Positions 38,539-50,349 of a stretch of 64,000 bases of DNA are shown one piece after another. Numbering within the stretch: position 1 is the stretch's first letter; each line of letters begins with the position of its first letter. The position numbers and the translations under genes were made by a program. The notes below the pieces were generated by a model. The model saw only the letters and a list, made by a program, of their open reading frames with translations, was not told the origin of the DNA and ran no database searches. The stretch is from assembly GCA_030264375.1 (NCBI GenBank), contig JASCQW010000099.1:22499752-22563751 (forward strand). The letters are read 5' to 3'. Origin of the DNA: Carcharhinus longimanus (Eukaryota).

Positions 38539-39084
38539 NNNNNNNNNNNNNNNNNNNNNNNNNNNNNNNNNNNNNNNNNNNNNNNNNNNNNNNNNNNNNN
38601 NNNNNNNNNNNNNNNNNNNNNNNNNNNNNNNNNNNNNNGTAACAGTTGATTTCCACGAATGTCCCGAGGCTCTGATCCTTATTTAAAACAGCCTCCTATG
38701 ACCCTCCATCCCTAAAAATACACTCACCCAAGACACAGGATCACAGAATAATCCACGCTAAAGGTCAACTAAGGCAAGAGGGGTTTCATGGGGTCGGCGT
38801 GGAGGGATGGGGAGGTTCGTTGCAAGGGATTTTGGCTATATGGGCAAGGGGTGGTTCTCAACTGTCCCTCCTTCCTGCTGCTGGGTCTCTTGATCAGACA
38901 ATCTAGGTTTCTGAATGAGGGATCCCCCTGCACCGGTTTACATGCTGTGCTCTCTGCATGGTGACAGGTCTAGCTGATGCTGGTTTAATAACTAATGGCA
39001 GAATGGGAAGCTGTCCATGAGCCTTCCTGCCTTGGACAATGATGAACTATGAAATGGAAAGTTAGACCATCTACCATCTTGTCT

Positions 39085-40770
39085 GATTAAATGCTTTTCC
39101 CACTGTCCAACGTGTCACCGTGGAGGGCATAAAATAATACCCCTTCTGCTCTTTGCATATCCAGCCTTTTCAGTACTTCATTCTGATCAATTTTCACCTT
39201 GTTAATTACATCTACAATTTCAAACAATATTTTATTGCCATCTTCCTGGATCAACACTGATACTTGTTTGTTAGCCACCAACCCTAGTCAGCCTGTTACT
39301 ACGTGCTTGAGTCACCCTGCTACTCACCATGACAAACACTGGTGTCGCCTCCTCAGCTCTTGCACCTGAGGCAAGTTCACTGTTGGCTCAAGCTGCTCTG
39401 ACTTCCTTAGATCCATAGTGGTCTCCAGCAATCAGAGCCCGATGTTGCTCTGCATGTGTTGCTAATAGGCTCATTTGTATATCTTGAGCCTATTAGCAAA
39501 TTCAGAGCTCTCAGGCTCTGGAGCCCCAAAGCCAACCCAGTAGGCTATATCATCCTCCAGCATGCGGCCCTCTCATTGATCAGGGCCTTGTGCCTAGGCA
39601 CGATGTGCTTCATTGTAAGTCCACCTCTGCTACAGACATTTGGTCCACTTGGCTTATCTTGTTTCCCAACACCAGATCCAGCAATGGCCTCATGTCTAGT
39701 TGAACTGTGAACCTACTACTTCTGGAAGTTCTCCTGCACACACTTCAGGAATTCCTCCCTCTCCTTATTCTTTACCATAACATTATATTCGGGCAATTAA
39801 AGTCCCCTAATATGAACACTCTATAGTTCTTGAAGATCTCTGTGATGTTCTTTTCTATCCCTCACTATTTAGAAGCCTATAGAATTCCCTAGTAGTGTGA
39901 CAGTGCCCTTTGTGCTTCTCAACTCCACCCAAATGGATTCTATCTTTGCCCCCTCTAGGAGATCCTTTTTTTTCCACACTACAATGGATTCCTTAATCGG
40001 TATTGCTACCCCACCCCCTTGTTCCCCCTTTACTATTTTTTCTGAACATTTTGTACACTTGAATGTTAAGCACCCAGTCCTCAACAATTTTACCTCCATC
40101 ACTGAGGCTGGAGATAATTTTTTTGTCCCTATTAGTGTGTTTATAAACCAAATTTATCAAAAACTGGATTGATTTCAACAAAACCTAGTACATTGGGTAT
40201 GACCCAAGAAGGAACTGATTTGTCTTCGGCATAGATGCAGATCTGGATATAATCCATGTTGACTCCACCCAATCATACCATTATTTTTTATATGCCCAGT
40301 TATCACAATCCTTTATAATAGATTCTCAACAGTTATCCCAATTATTAAAATCAAATTGTGGTCTATTTTCTCTCTTCCTCTGTTCGTAAGTAGTGGGGGT
40401 TGTACTTTACTTTCTAGTTTGAAGGAATCTTTCCAGAATCTATAGAATTCTGAATCCACAATGCATCCGTTATTTCTATAACCACCTCCTTTGGCACTCT
40501 GGGATGTAACTCATCTAGTCCAAGCTTTTTAGCAACACTCAATCCCAGTAAACTTTAAGGCATGACCTTTTTATTGACACTAATTACTTTCATTTCTTCA
40601 ATTTCACAAGTCTGTTGGTTCCTGTGTATTTCTGAGTGATTTTTTTGTGTCTTCTTCCGTGAAGACAGACACAGAAAAATTGTTTAGTATCTCTGCCATT
40701 TTCATTATCAATTCTTTTGTCTCTGCTTGTAATGGATCTGTATTTTCTGAGTAATCTTTTCCTTTTCACA
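39085..40770 (-). mobile_element. Several CR1 ORF2 fragments (endonuclease and linker), non-contiguous
   Basis: GGGVAIPIKESIVV...IESIWVELRSTKGTVTLLG (APE endonuclease); INKVKIDQNEVLKRL. Confidence 0.75.
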
Positions 40771-40814
40771 TTGGATGCTGGTCTATCTGTGTTTGGAAGC
40801 CACTTGTATGCTGT

Positions 40815-41330
40815 GAGAGTAGGTTCCTTTGTGACTGATAACGCAGGTCACCTGCACTGCCCTGGAATGAGCCATACAAATAGAGGCCAGAGCGGCTGTG
40901 AGTTTGAGGGCCACGGGCAGTGAGTGCCCTCCCATCCCATGTGGTGCCTGTTCTTACAGGGTCTGGCAGAGGTGGTCCACCATCCCCTGGCACAGCCTTC
41001 TGCGGCACTGCATCTCTGACATCTGCAGTTACGATAACCGACAGCGGAATATCCTCAGCTAATACCTACATATCTGTGGTGTAACTTCCAGAACAGCGAC
41101 AGGCCCAACATCTCCTCCATTGGTGCTGGTCCTGGCCAGGTGCTACAGCACGTCGTTGTTGCTGCCACTGCTCTAATAAATAAGATAACCAACTCGACAG
41201 GCTCTCTAATCCACCAGGCCATGCTCTATAAAGAAGAGAAAACCACAGTGAGCTATAAGGGTTTATGTGAGAGTCCCGACCCTCCTCCCTCAATTCATCA
41301 GCGACTACCACCCAATGGCTACACACTCAG
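40815..41330 (-). pseudogene. HARBI1-like transposase N-terminal remnant
   Basis: RIFRCRLS*LQMSEMQCRRRL...MVDHLCQ...GGHSLPVALKLTAAL...YGSFQGSAGDL. Confidence 0.82.
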
Positions 41331-42317
41331 TAGGTGCCTCAATGCAATCCCTCAAATCCTCCACTTGGACACTATAGCCACATTTCCACATTGGTCTCTG
41401 TGAACTCACAAGACTGGGAGAGATTAGAAGTTTTAGTTTATGCTTAACCTGTCTTACATCTGAGAATGACTGACTTCATGCTGACAGGAGGTGCCGCAGG
41501 AGAAGGATCTGTTTCATTCTCCAATGCTAACACCCCTTACCTTGATGACCACAGAATTTAATCTCTACTGTTTAAATTCAACATTTTTCTTTGCTCTGAG
41601 TAATCATGCTAGTCTTTAGAAAGTGTCTACTATTACACTGCCTGAAAATTTTCATCCATTGAAATCAATGGATAGAAATCACCTGCATAGTGGAAAACTC
41701 AAGTGATTTCAATTATACATTGTAAATTCACTCTCTTCACGCTACTGGACTCTGTAACACTACCAAGATGGCTGTGCTATTGTATCATTTGGGTTAAACA
41801 ATTGTTTACAATATCATTTAGAAGAAACAGCTTCATTGTATTTTTGTGTTCAAAAGGTAATTATTTTTGCCAGTTTAATTTCAACTCATGGAGCTACATT
41901 CCCCTCTTTACAATCAGAGCAGTCGTCCAGAAGGATGGAAAGTCCCTCAGCTTCTGGGTTCAATTTCCAACAATATAGTAATTTAATGAAGATAATGCAA
42001 GTGTGTGATGCAGAGTCTAAGTCACCATTGGGATTTCCTTCCCCTTTAAATGAGATTTGTAATAAATTATTATTCAAGCAACGGGAGTGGTTTTGAACAT
42101 CAAAAGATAATTTAAAATTGGATCTTGAATTTTTTATCTTAAGTGAACTTTCTAGTAATTTGATACAGGCATGAAATTTCAATCAATTCCAGCTTTGCAG
42201 CTTTCTTCTTCTGTTGGGGCTTTGTCGGTTTTTCATTGAAAGGCATAACATATAATTAGTCTATGCCAACAGTGACATTGGAAAATAAACACTTGTAAAA
42301 GTGCAAATGATAAACAT

Positions 42318-43365
42318 GGGATGGGATTCCCAAAAAATTCTAAATGTCAATTTGCGTAAAAACTGGAGTAAATCACGCTGTTTTTTTGAGCGGGAGCGCA
42401 AGGTGCACTCGCGTGATTCACTCCAGAAACCAGTGGGCGGGGCCTATTCCCACTGGAGAGGCCAGCAACAAAGCGCTGAGTGCGCCACTGCGCATGCACC
42501 GATCTGTCAGTGCTGAGATCGGTACATGCTCAGTGAGCCCGATCTGCATGCGTCCCGATCAGTGCCGAACCCCGCAATTCCACGCCGCTGGCTCTCTGAG
42601 CCCCCAGTAGCCTGATTGCTGGCCTCGGGACCCCCACCTGCCAACATCCCAGCCTGCCTTGATCTCCACCCCCCCCCCTCCCCAGCAGTCCCAATCTTCC
42701 CCTCCACCAGCTGTCCAAAATCCCCTCCCACTATTGTAATGCTGACCCCCCGCCCCCAAGCAGGCTGCACCCCCCCCCCCCCGTCGCCACAAAACTCAAC
42801 AGCAGAGANNNNNNNNNNNNNNNNNNNNNNNNNNNNNNNNNNNNNNNNNNNNNNNNNNNNNNNNNNNNNNNNNNNNNNNNNNNNNNNNNNNNNNNNNNNN
42901 NNNNNNNNCTGCACCCCCCCCCCGCCCGTCGCCACAAATCTCAACTGCAGAGAGAGAGCGGGACCCCCCACCTCCACAAATCGACCCCCTGGAGGCCCAG
43001 CCTGACGCCCAACACTTTGGGCGGGGGGGAGGGGGGGTGCTTCTCTTTCCATCCCCATTCGCTCCAGCAGGATCGGGTCGCCAGCTCCCTGCCAGCTGTA
43101 ATAAACCCGTTGGAATGAAATACTCCTGGCAGTGGGGAAACTTAGGAAGGCCCGGAGATTTCAATCCCAGTCCTGCTAATGCTATTTAACTTATATTACA
43201 ATGAGCTGCTGCATGTATGAGACAAATTGGCGCAGAGTTGATGGTGCCGGAAATCTGCCGCTGAGATATTTGGATGCCCAGCGCGAATCGCACGAATTGG
43301 CCACAGCTCGAGTCTCCTGGTTCGCACGCTAAAAAAGCAGTGCAATGGGATGGGAGAACATCCCC
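42318..43365. mobile_element. Non-autonomous DNA transposon (Harbinger-like), CpG-rich and relatively young, with internal C-rich repeats
   Basis: Imperfect TIRs gggatgggattccc ... gggagaacatcccc; internal palindrome cactgcgcatgcaccgatct...agatcggtacatgctcagtg. Confidence 0.6.
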
Positions 43366-44017
43366 TAATTTCTATCATGGAGCTGGAATTCCAACATAGG
43401 TGGGTTTATAAGAGGAAAAATAAGTGCTTATGTTGCGTTTTCATGAGGAGGTTGCCTTAGTTAAGATAGGGAAACAGATTTTCACCACCTTTTGCTACAA
43501 GGTGAGTTTTCTACATTGGTTAAACCATTAGGGGAAGCATGAAGAAAATGGTGATTTTAAGTCCTTATTCATGAAAATGTAGATGGGGGGTGGGTGCAGT
43601 CGGGGTGACTGTTGTTATGAAGTGCTCAGTAAAAGTAGAGTAGGAACCTCCATTCCCATCCAGCTGACTGCAATTTTAAATTGGAGGCTGAAGAAATACC
43701 CACTGGAAGTAGAGAGAAATCAAGCACCATCCATCCCTGTCTCTCTTCCATCCTCATTCTCCTTCACAATTTCCTTTTCCCTTTTCCACTATCCTCCCCT
43801 CCTTACTCCTCCTTTCCCCATTTTCTCTCTCATACCTTGCTCCTTATTTTTACCTTCCTTTTCTATCCTTTTACTGCAGCTCCTTCATCCATCATCTATC
43901 TGCTTTTCCTCCAGTTCTACTTCCTTATTCTGTTGCCTTCCTCTAATTTCATTGCCCATTACTTTTCTGTATTGACGTGGTCAAATTGTTGACTTAATGG
44001 GCATGTGAAGTGCTGGT

Positions 44018-44965
44018 TCACTTAAAAAGAGTGTTTAAGACCTTGAATGGTGAGCAGGGAGGAAGTAAAGGAGCAAATATTGCACCTTCTGTGATTGCAT
44101 GGGAATGCGCCGTGGGCAAGGCGTGAGATGTTGGGTATGACAGAAGAGTGGACCAGGATATCCTGGAGGGAGTGATCCCTGCGGAATGCTGACAGAAGGA
44201 GTGAGGAGAAGATGTGTTTGGTGGTGGCAACATGCTGGAGTTGGCAGAAGTGGCAGAGGATAATCTTTTGGATGCAGAGGCTGATAGGTAAAAGGTGGGG
44301 ACGAGTGATCCTATCCTCGTTCTGGAAGGGAAGGAAAGTGGTGAGAGCAGTAACACGGGAGATAGATCAGACATGTTTAGGCCCCTATCACAATTAAGGA
44401 TGAAGGAAGACATGTTGGCAGTGCCATTTTGGAAAGTGGCATCGTTGTAACAGGTACAACGGAGGCAAAGGAACTGAGAGAATGGATGGAGGTCTTACAG
44501 GACGTGGGGTGTGAAGAGCTGTATTCAAGGTAGCGGTTGGAGTCAGTAGGTTTGTAATGAAGACTAGCGGACAATCTACCAGAAAAGGAGATAGGTCAAA
44601 GAAGGGAAGAGAAGTGTCATAGAATCATAGAATCCCTACAGTAAGAAGGAGGCGATTTGGCCCATTAAGTCTGCACCAACCACAAGGCCCTATTCCCAGA
44701 ACCCCACACATTTACCCTGCTAATCTCCCTGACATTAAGGGGCAATCCACCTAACCCGCACATCTTTGGATTATGGGAGGAAACCAGAGCACCTGGAGAA
44801 AACCCACGCAGACACGGGGAGAAAGCGCAAACTCCACACTGACAGTGACCGAGGCCGGAATTGAACCCGGGTCCCTGGCATCGTGAGGCAGTAGTGCTAA
44901 CCACTGTGCTGCCCTTCAGAGATGGACCATGTGAAGGTGAATCAGGGGTGACAATTGGAAGCTTA
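44018..44965 (-). mobile_element. Penelope-like retroelement ORF fragment (RT thumb to pre-GIY-YIG Cys region), interrupted by an HE1 SINE
   Basis: HYKPTDSNRYLEYSSSHPTSCK; CNHRRCNICSFTSSLLTIQGLKHSF. Confidence 0.85.
44618..44913 (-). mobile_element. Full-length HE1 SINE with CR1/HER1-type tail
   Basis: Head gggcagcacagtggttagcactactgcctcac, B box gggttcaattccgg, V-domain, tail ...gggattctatgattctatg. Confidence 0.9.
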
Positions 44966-45479
44966 TGACATGCGAGTTTTCCTGTATCCTTCAGTTCAAA
45001 AATTATTTGCCTCCAAAATTACTGTAAATGTAAGTGACAATGACACAAGAAGGACAGTGGGGCATCTGGAATCATGGTGAATGCTGGGATCAACAGTGTA
45101 TCTCCTTCACCAGTGAAATTAAGGATTGAGAGATAAACCAAACACAGAAAAGAAGCAAGGTGCACTGAAGAGGGTTATTCAGTGCCAAATCAGATATCGG
45201 AAAAAATGCAAATAATAGAAAGATTGGATTAAGGGAGAGAGTAAAAAATTGAGAAAGAAAAAGTGAGAAAAAAAATTTTTAAATTCAACACATTCAAACT
45301 CTCCAACACCAATTTATTTCCAGATGAAATGGAACTCTGCACTTTTAGTTGTTCATTTTCTGTGTCAGAGAGATTAATTAGCAGTCATTAAAAATGATCA
45401 GATTGTTAAAAGAGTACTTATGCTATTAATTATGTTACAATCCCCGTGGGAAATTCATAAACCAAAATAACAAAATTTA

Positions 45480-46590
45480 CTGAATGACTCCCAAATGAAA
45501 AAGACCACCAACAAGAATGACAGTTATCTGAAAGAGGATAGTGCTCCGGTTTGTCATTGTCACTCCCATGGGGTGCTTGAGCACAGATTGCTGGACTGCT
45601 ATGAAAGCCTGAATCCCCTGTTGAGCATTGAGATCATGACCCGATCCACAATGGCAGCTGCCTATGCCTGCATGCCAGCTGTCTGAATCTGCATGCCAGG
45701 AGCCAGGGATCTTATGACCTCTATCCACTGCCGCATTGATACATCAGAAGCATCTGTCCAACTGAAGCTGAAACAGGAGCTAGCAGATGTTTATCATGGT
45801 TGGCTGGCATGGTGGAAAGAATGAGCTCAAAGCTCTGCGTCTTGCCCAGCGCCAGCAGAAGACCAGCAACTCCATGTTTCTGTCTAATGACTGGAGGTTA
45901 TCTAGCAGCTGTGTCAAAGCACCAGACATCTAGGTGTGCACATTCAACAGCAATTTCCTATAATCTGGTGTTATGAGTCCTCTGCATCAAACCTTTTGTG
46001 TGACCTTGCCCTACAGGGAATTCACACTAGCCTAGTTGCCCCCATTCATGTCCAGTGGCAGACAGATCTCATGCAGCCCCCTACTCCAAACTAGTTTATC
46101 ACTTTTTCACAGTAACAGTATCTGAACTGGTGGAAGCAAGTGTTGGATTGAGTTATAGAAACATAGAGGTATACAGAATGGAACTTCTTCCTCAGGAATC
46201 TATTCCTTTTCTTGTCCTTTTGTGTGACGCTGTGGATCCTCGACAGCCAGCATTTCTTGATCATACGAAAACACATATAGAAGAAGATAGTGATGAGAGA
46301 AGGGTAAATTGGGAAGAAAGGAGAAGGTCTACAGTCATTCCTCAGCAATTTCCATTTCATGGCATCTTTCAAAGTGAAAGTGCGGAGTTTGTGGAGAAGA
46401 TGCATAAGGCAGCAACATTCCAACATTCATGAGAAGCTTGACAGTGCTGGGTGCCACTAGCTGTTTGGCATTGGTATCCATGATCCTTCAAGTGCACTGC
46501 AGGAGTAGGTTCATGGTGGTTCTTGCCTGTCATCTGTTTCTCCCTCCAGTTGGGTGTCACTTCCTACAAGAGAAAGAGGGGAATATCAGT
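45480..46590 (-). pseudogene. Harbinger Myb-like gene remnant (exons 2-3)
   Basis: Acceptor ctttctcttgtAG ~46565 then EVTPNWREKQMTG; exon 3 EEEVP...LNPTLASTSSDT. Confidence 0.62.
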
Positions 46591-46799
46591 GACTATACAT
46601 CAGTGTTCTTGAGTGATGTGCCAGCATTAGCTGGAAAACTGAATGTTTGCTGAACTATATAGCGGTCTGTATGCAGTTGATTGTCAGGTGGTGCTGTTGG
46701 ATGAGTGATGGGGATATGGTGCAATAAGTATTATGAGAGGTGTGTGTGGCGTGATTGTTGTGGGAGTTGATTTTCTCTAAAGGAGCATTTATCTAATGT

Positions 46800-47130
46800 A
46801 CTTGCTGGCCTTCTCCCAGTCGCCCTGCATATTCTCCCTTTTCAGATCATAATCCAATTCCTTGTTTAATGCTTTAATTGAACATGCTTTCATCAGATAC
46901 CAACCACTTGCTGAATCAAAAAAATATGGAATACACTGCCTGAAAGTGTGATGAAGGTAAGTTCAAATAAAGCACGAACAAGGAGTTGGATTATGATCTG
47001 AAAGGTGAGAATGTGCAGGGCTACTGAGAGAAGGCCAGGAAGTGCATTAGATAAATTGCTCCTCCAGAGAGCTGATGTGGACATGATGGGCAAAGTGGCT
47101 GGAAACATTCTATGATGCTGTGATTCTAGA
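46800..47130. mobile_element. Two short CR1 3' fragments in opposite orientation
   Basis: ~46805-46910 (-) and ~46915-47125 (+; WNTLPESVMKVSS, tail ttctatgatgctgtgattcta). Confidence 0.65.
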
Positions 47131-47167
47131 TGTATAACATTTTACGGAGAACTCATAACTTCCTTAA

Positions 47168-47553
47168 GAAAAGATTTATGCAACATCTTTTACATTCTCA
47201 GAACATTCCAAAATACTTCAAAACTAATGAATTACTTTTAAAGTGTAATTTCTGCTTTAATCTACGAAAATGCAGCAGTTATGTTCCACAAACAACAGTG
47301 AAATGAATAACCAGGCATTCTGCTTCGGTAGTGTTGGCAAAGGATAAATGTTGACCAGCCCACCTCATTGAGTTTGTAAATAGTGCTAGTGGATCCTTTA
47401 TATCCACTTGAACAGGCAGATTGAAGCTTGATTTTTCATCTCATTCAAAAGACAGGATCTCTGAAAATGTAACATTCCCTCAGGACGAAATGTCAGCCTC
47501 AATTTATGTGCTCATCGTGGAGTGGGCTTGGTAGGGAAGAGCGGTGCCACTGT
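47168..47553 (-). mobile_element. Deu-domain SINE (SacSINE1/AmnSINE1-like), near full length, old
   Basis: ggatcctttatatccacttgaacaggcaga...catctcattcaaaagacagg.tctctga.aatgtaacattccctcag matches the reverse Deu core. Confidence 0.75.
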
Positions 47554-48289
47554 GAAAGACATATTCATGCACTGAAAAACCAAATATGAATCTGAATTAC
47601 ACCGAACATTTATTTAAAAGACAAAGTGGGCCTTTTGCTTCCATAATAGGCAGTATGGAGCTGCTATCATACTAAGCATAGAAGACTGAAATAAATGTTT
47701 TTGTTCCTATTAGCATATTTTTTGCCCAAAGTTGATAGTTGATTGTAAGTGAAAAAAAGTGACATAACTATTAATAATATGTATGATGTTAAAAAAGTGA
47801 TAAAAGTAAACAGTCATCCACAATTAATTTTAGACTTATTTAATCATCACCTAATTAAGTGAAGAACTTTATTAATATGTAAACACAATATCACTATTGT
47901 ATATAAATTGAAATAGGTGACATTTAGGCCAGGACTTTCCACTCCCAATCAGGGCAGGATAATAAATGGCTACCCATTTGGAAAGTAAGTACAAAAATGA
48001 GGACACTGCCATGGCTGAGACAGTTTAGCATCAGCTGTATTGACATGCATGGAATCAGGCATGTGACTTCATAGCATAGGATATACTTTGTGACCCGTGT
48101 TATCTGTAAAATCTGTATACAGTGGGAAGGAAATAGATTGTATTACAGTCAAACTTTTCATGTTTAATAAATGTTCATTGTTGTTGTTAAAAGCTAAGTG
48201 GGGTTCCTATGGTTCTGTTCATCAAAATTTTTGAAAAAATGTAAAATTAAAACAGCCTTTTGAGTCAGCATTCCATTCTTGGCCCATCC

Positions 48290-48400
48290 AAAGTGACACC
48301 ATTGTAACAGATGCAACGGACACGAAGGAACTGAGAGAATGGGATAGAGTTCTTTCAGGATATGGGATGTGAAGAACTGCAGTCAAGATAGCTGTGGCCT
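48290..48400 (-). mobile_element. Penelope-like RT fragment
   Basis: Homologous to 44430-44545 (aggaactgagagaatgg...gatgtgaaga..tg.a.tcaag.tagc). Confidence 0.7.
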
Positions 48401-48619
48401 GAGTGTGAGGAAAACACGTCAGTGTAGGTGACAAGCATACCTGGTATGTGCAGTTGGCCAGTGGAGCTCTGAATAGGATATGGATGAAAGCTTGAGAGGA
48501 AATGAGGCCAGATGGAGATGTGAGGGTATGTAAGAGTAAGTGGTGAAATCTCTTGAAATTTTTATGAATGTGTAATATGATTGAGTGTGTGAGTTAAGAA
48601 TGATGAGTTGGGTGATTTA

Positions 48620-48843
48620 CCATGGAGATCATTCCTGCACTGGATGGCTGACCTCTTTTGCAGTGCATTGGTGTTGACCACCACTGCCACTGCCTATCAA
48701 GCTGGATTGGTCAAATTGCTTGCAGTTCTGAATCCAGGGCAGGTATAGTGTATTTTGTGGTGGGTCTCCACTGTGCCTAGCACATGTTCCAATGACGTAT
48801 CACTAAATTTGGATGCTGCATGCTTCCTCGCTTTGGATGCCAT
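48620..48843 (-). pseudogene. Harbinger Myb-like gene exon 1 remnant with start codon
   Basis: MASKARKHAASKFSDTSLEHVLGTVETHH...NLTNPA**AVAVVVNTNALQKRSAIQCRNDL. Confidence 0.8.
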
Positions 48844-49337
48844 TTGTATTCCCCAGCTTTCCTAAGCTTAAATAGTACGAACAATGTGCCCTTTAAATAT
48901 GGTGCCTAATGTTAAGGAACCCTGGGATCATGGCAGGTCAGGCAAATCAGAGGCCACTAGCAATGCAATGTTATCTGTGTGGATTACTAAGTACTTAAGC
49001 TGGGAGCAAATGATACTGCACAAGACCCTGACATTGCAGTCAACGTGTGCAATGGTAGTTTCTATGCCCATTAACAGACTTTATCAGTTCCAGGCTAATC
49101 CCAGCTTTAGTTTACATATATTGATCCTCTACACAGAGTTGATGTGTGATTCACAACACTCAGTCTTGCAGTCAACTAAAAAATAAATAAGCAATAAACA
49201 AATCTAGCTGCAAACAGGAGGATTCTACTGATTCCAACATAAGAAATTGCGTCAAGAGAGTCTTTATTTGTTCCAGCTTTTTTCAATTTTCTCAGAATTT
49301 CAAGTCATCAAGATCAATTTATGTTTATATTTGATAA

Positions 49338-49790
49338 AAACACAAGAAACAGGAGCAGGAGGAGATCATTTGGTCCATTGGGCCTATTCTGCCAGTCAAT
49401 AAGACCATAGCTGATCTGATTGTGGTCTTAATTCCACTTTCCTGCCTGCCCCATAACACTTGACTCCCATGCCGATCAAAAAAATTTGCCTAACTCAATT
49501 TTGAAAATATTCAAAGTCCCTACCTTCACAGCTTCCAGGGGAAGAGAATGCCAAGAATTAATGGCCCTCTGAGAAAAGAACTTCTCCTCACTTCCATGTT
49601 AAATGGAAGATTCCTTATTTTGAAACTGTGCCATGTAGTTCTAAATTCTCCCACAAGGAGAATACATCCTCTCAGCATCTATCCCATCAAGCACCCTCAG
49701 AACCTTATAATGTTTCAATAAGATTAAGTCTTATTTTTCTAAGCTCCAATGAGTATAAGCCCAACCTGCTCAACCTTTTCTCATTATCTG
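49338..49790 (-). mobile_element. CR1 LINE 3' fragment
   Basis: Reverse CR1 tail caagaaacaggagcaggagg; ORF end similar to 1547-1845. Confidence 0.82.
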
Positions 49791-50349
49791 AAGATTCAGC
49801 TTAGTGAACAGGTGGCACATCAGATTGACATTGCTCAAGGCAACATGAGAGAATGAGGGAGTTGCACCACAGGGAAGTGCACAAGTCACAGTAGGATCTA
49901 CTCACATTGCAAGGCTAACAGACAGAAGCTTGGCTTCCTTGACATCTCATAAAAGCAATGTTTCCACATGTTCAGATGGTGGCAGTCATCTGCAGTGTTT
50001 TACAGGAAGCCCATTTCCTGCTGGAATAAAAATAGGAGTGCTGGAAACACTGAGCAGGTCAGGCAGCATTTGTGGAGAGTCTGGCCATTCACACCAATGG
50101 GATTCTCTGGTACTGCTGCAATGAACAGAAACTTAGTTGAGCACCAAATTCTCTGTCCTCGCTTGCAGTGGCGGTGAGGTGTGAATGGTTAAAAAATTCT
50201 GGCCCATGTTTTAGCTTGATGATGACCTTTGAGCACCTGTATAGCAACCATGGGTTTTATAAACCACAAGGAATATTTGTCCATCAATATACTGCTGGTG
50301 TGAACCACATAAAGAGGTTCATGTAGGCATACTCTAATTTCCCTGAACG

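Noticed and set aside
46055-46432. 125-aa (+) and 111-aa (-) ORFs that looked like a host or membrane protein
   Set aside because: A different minus frame plus the upstream acceptor show it is a decayed Harbinger Myb-like intron and exon 3.
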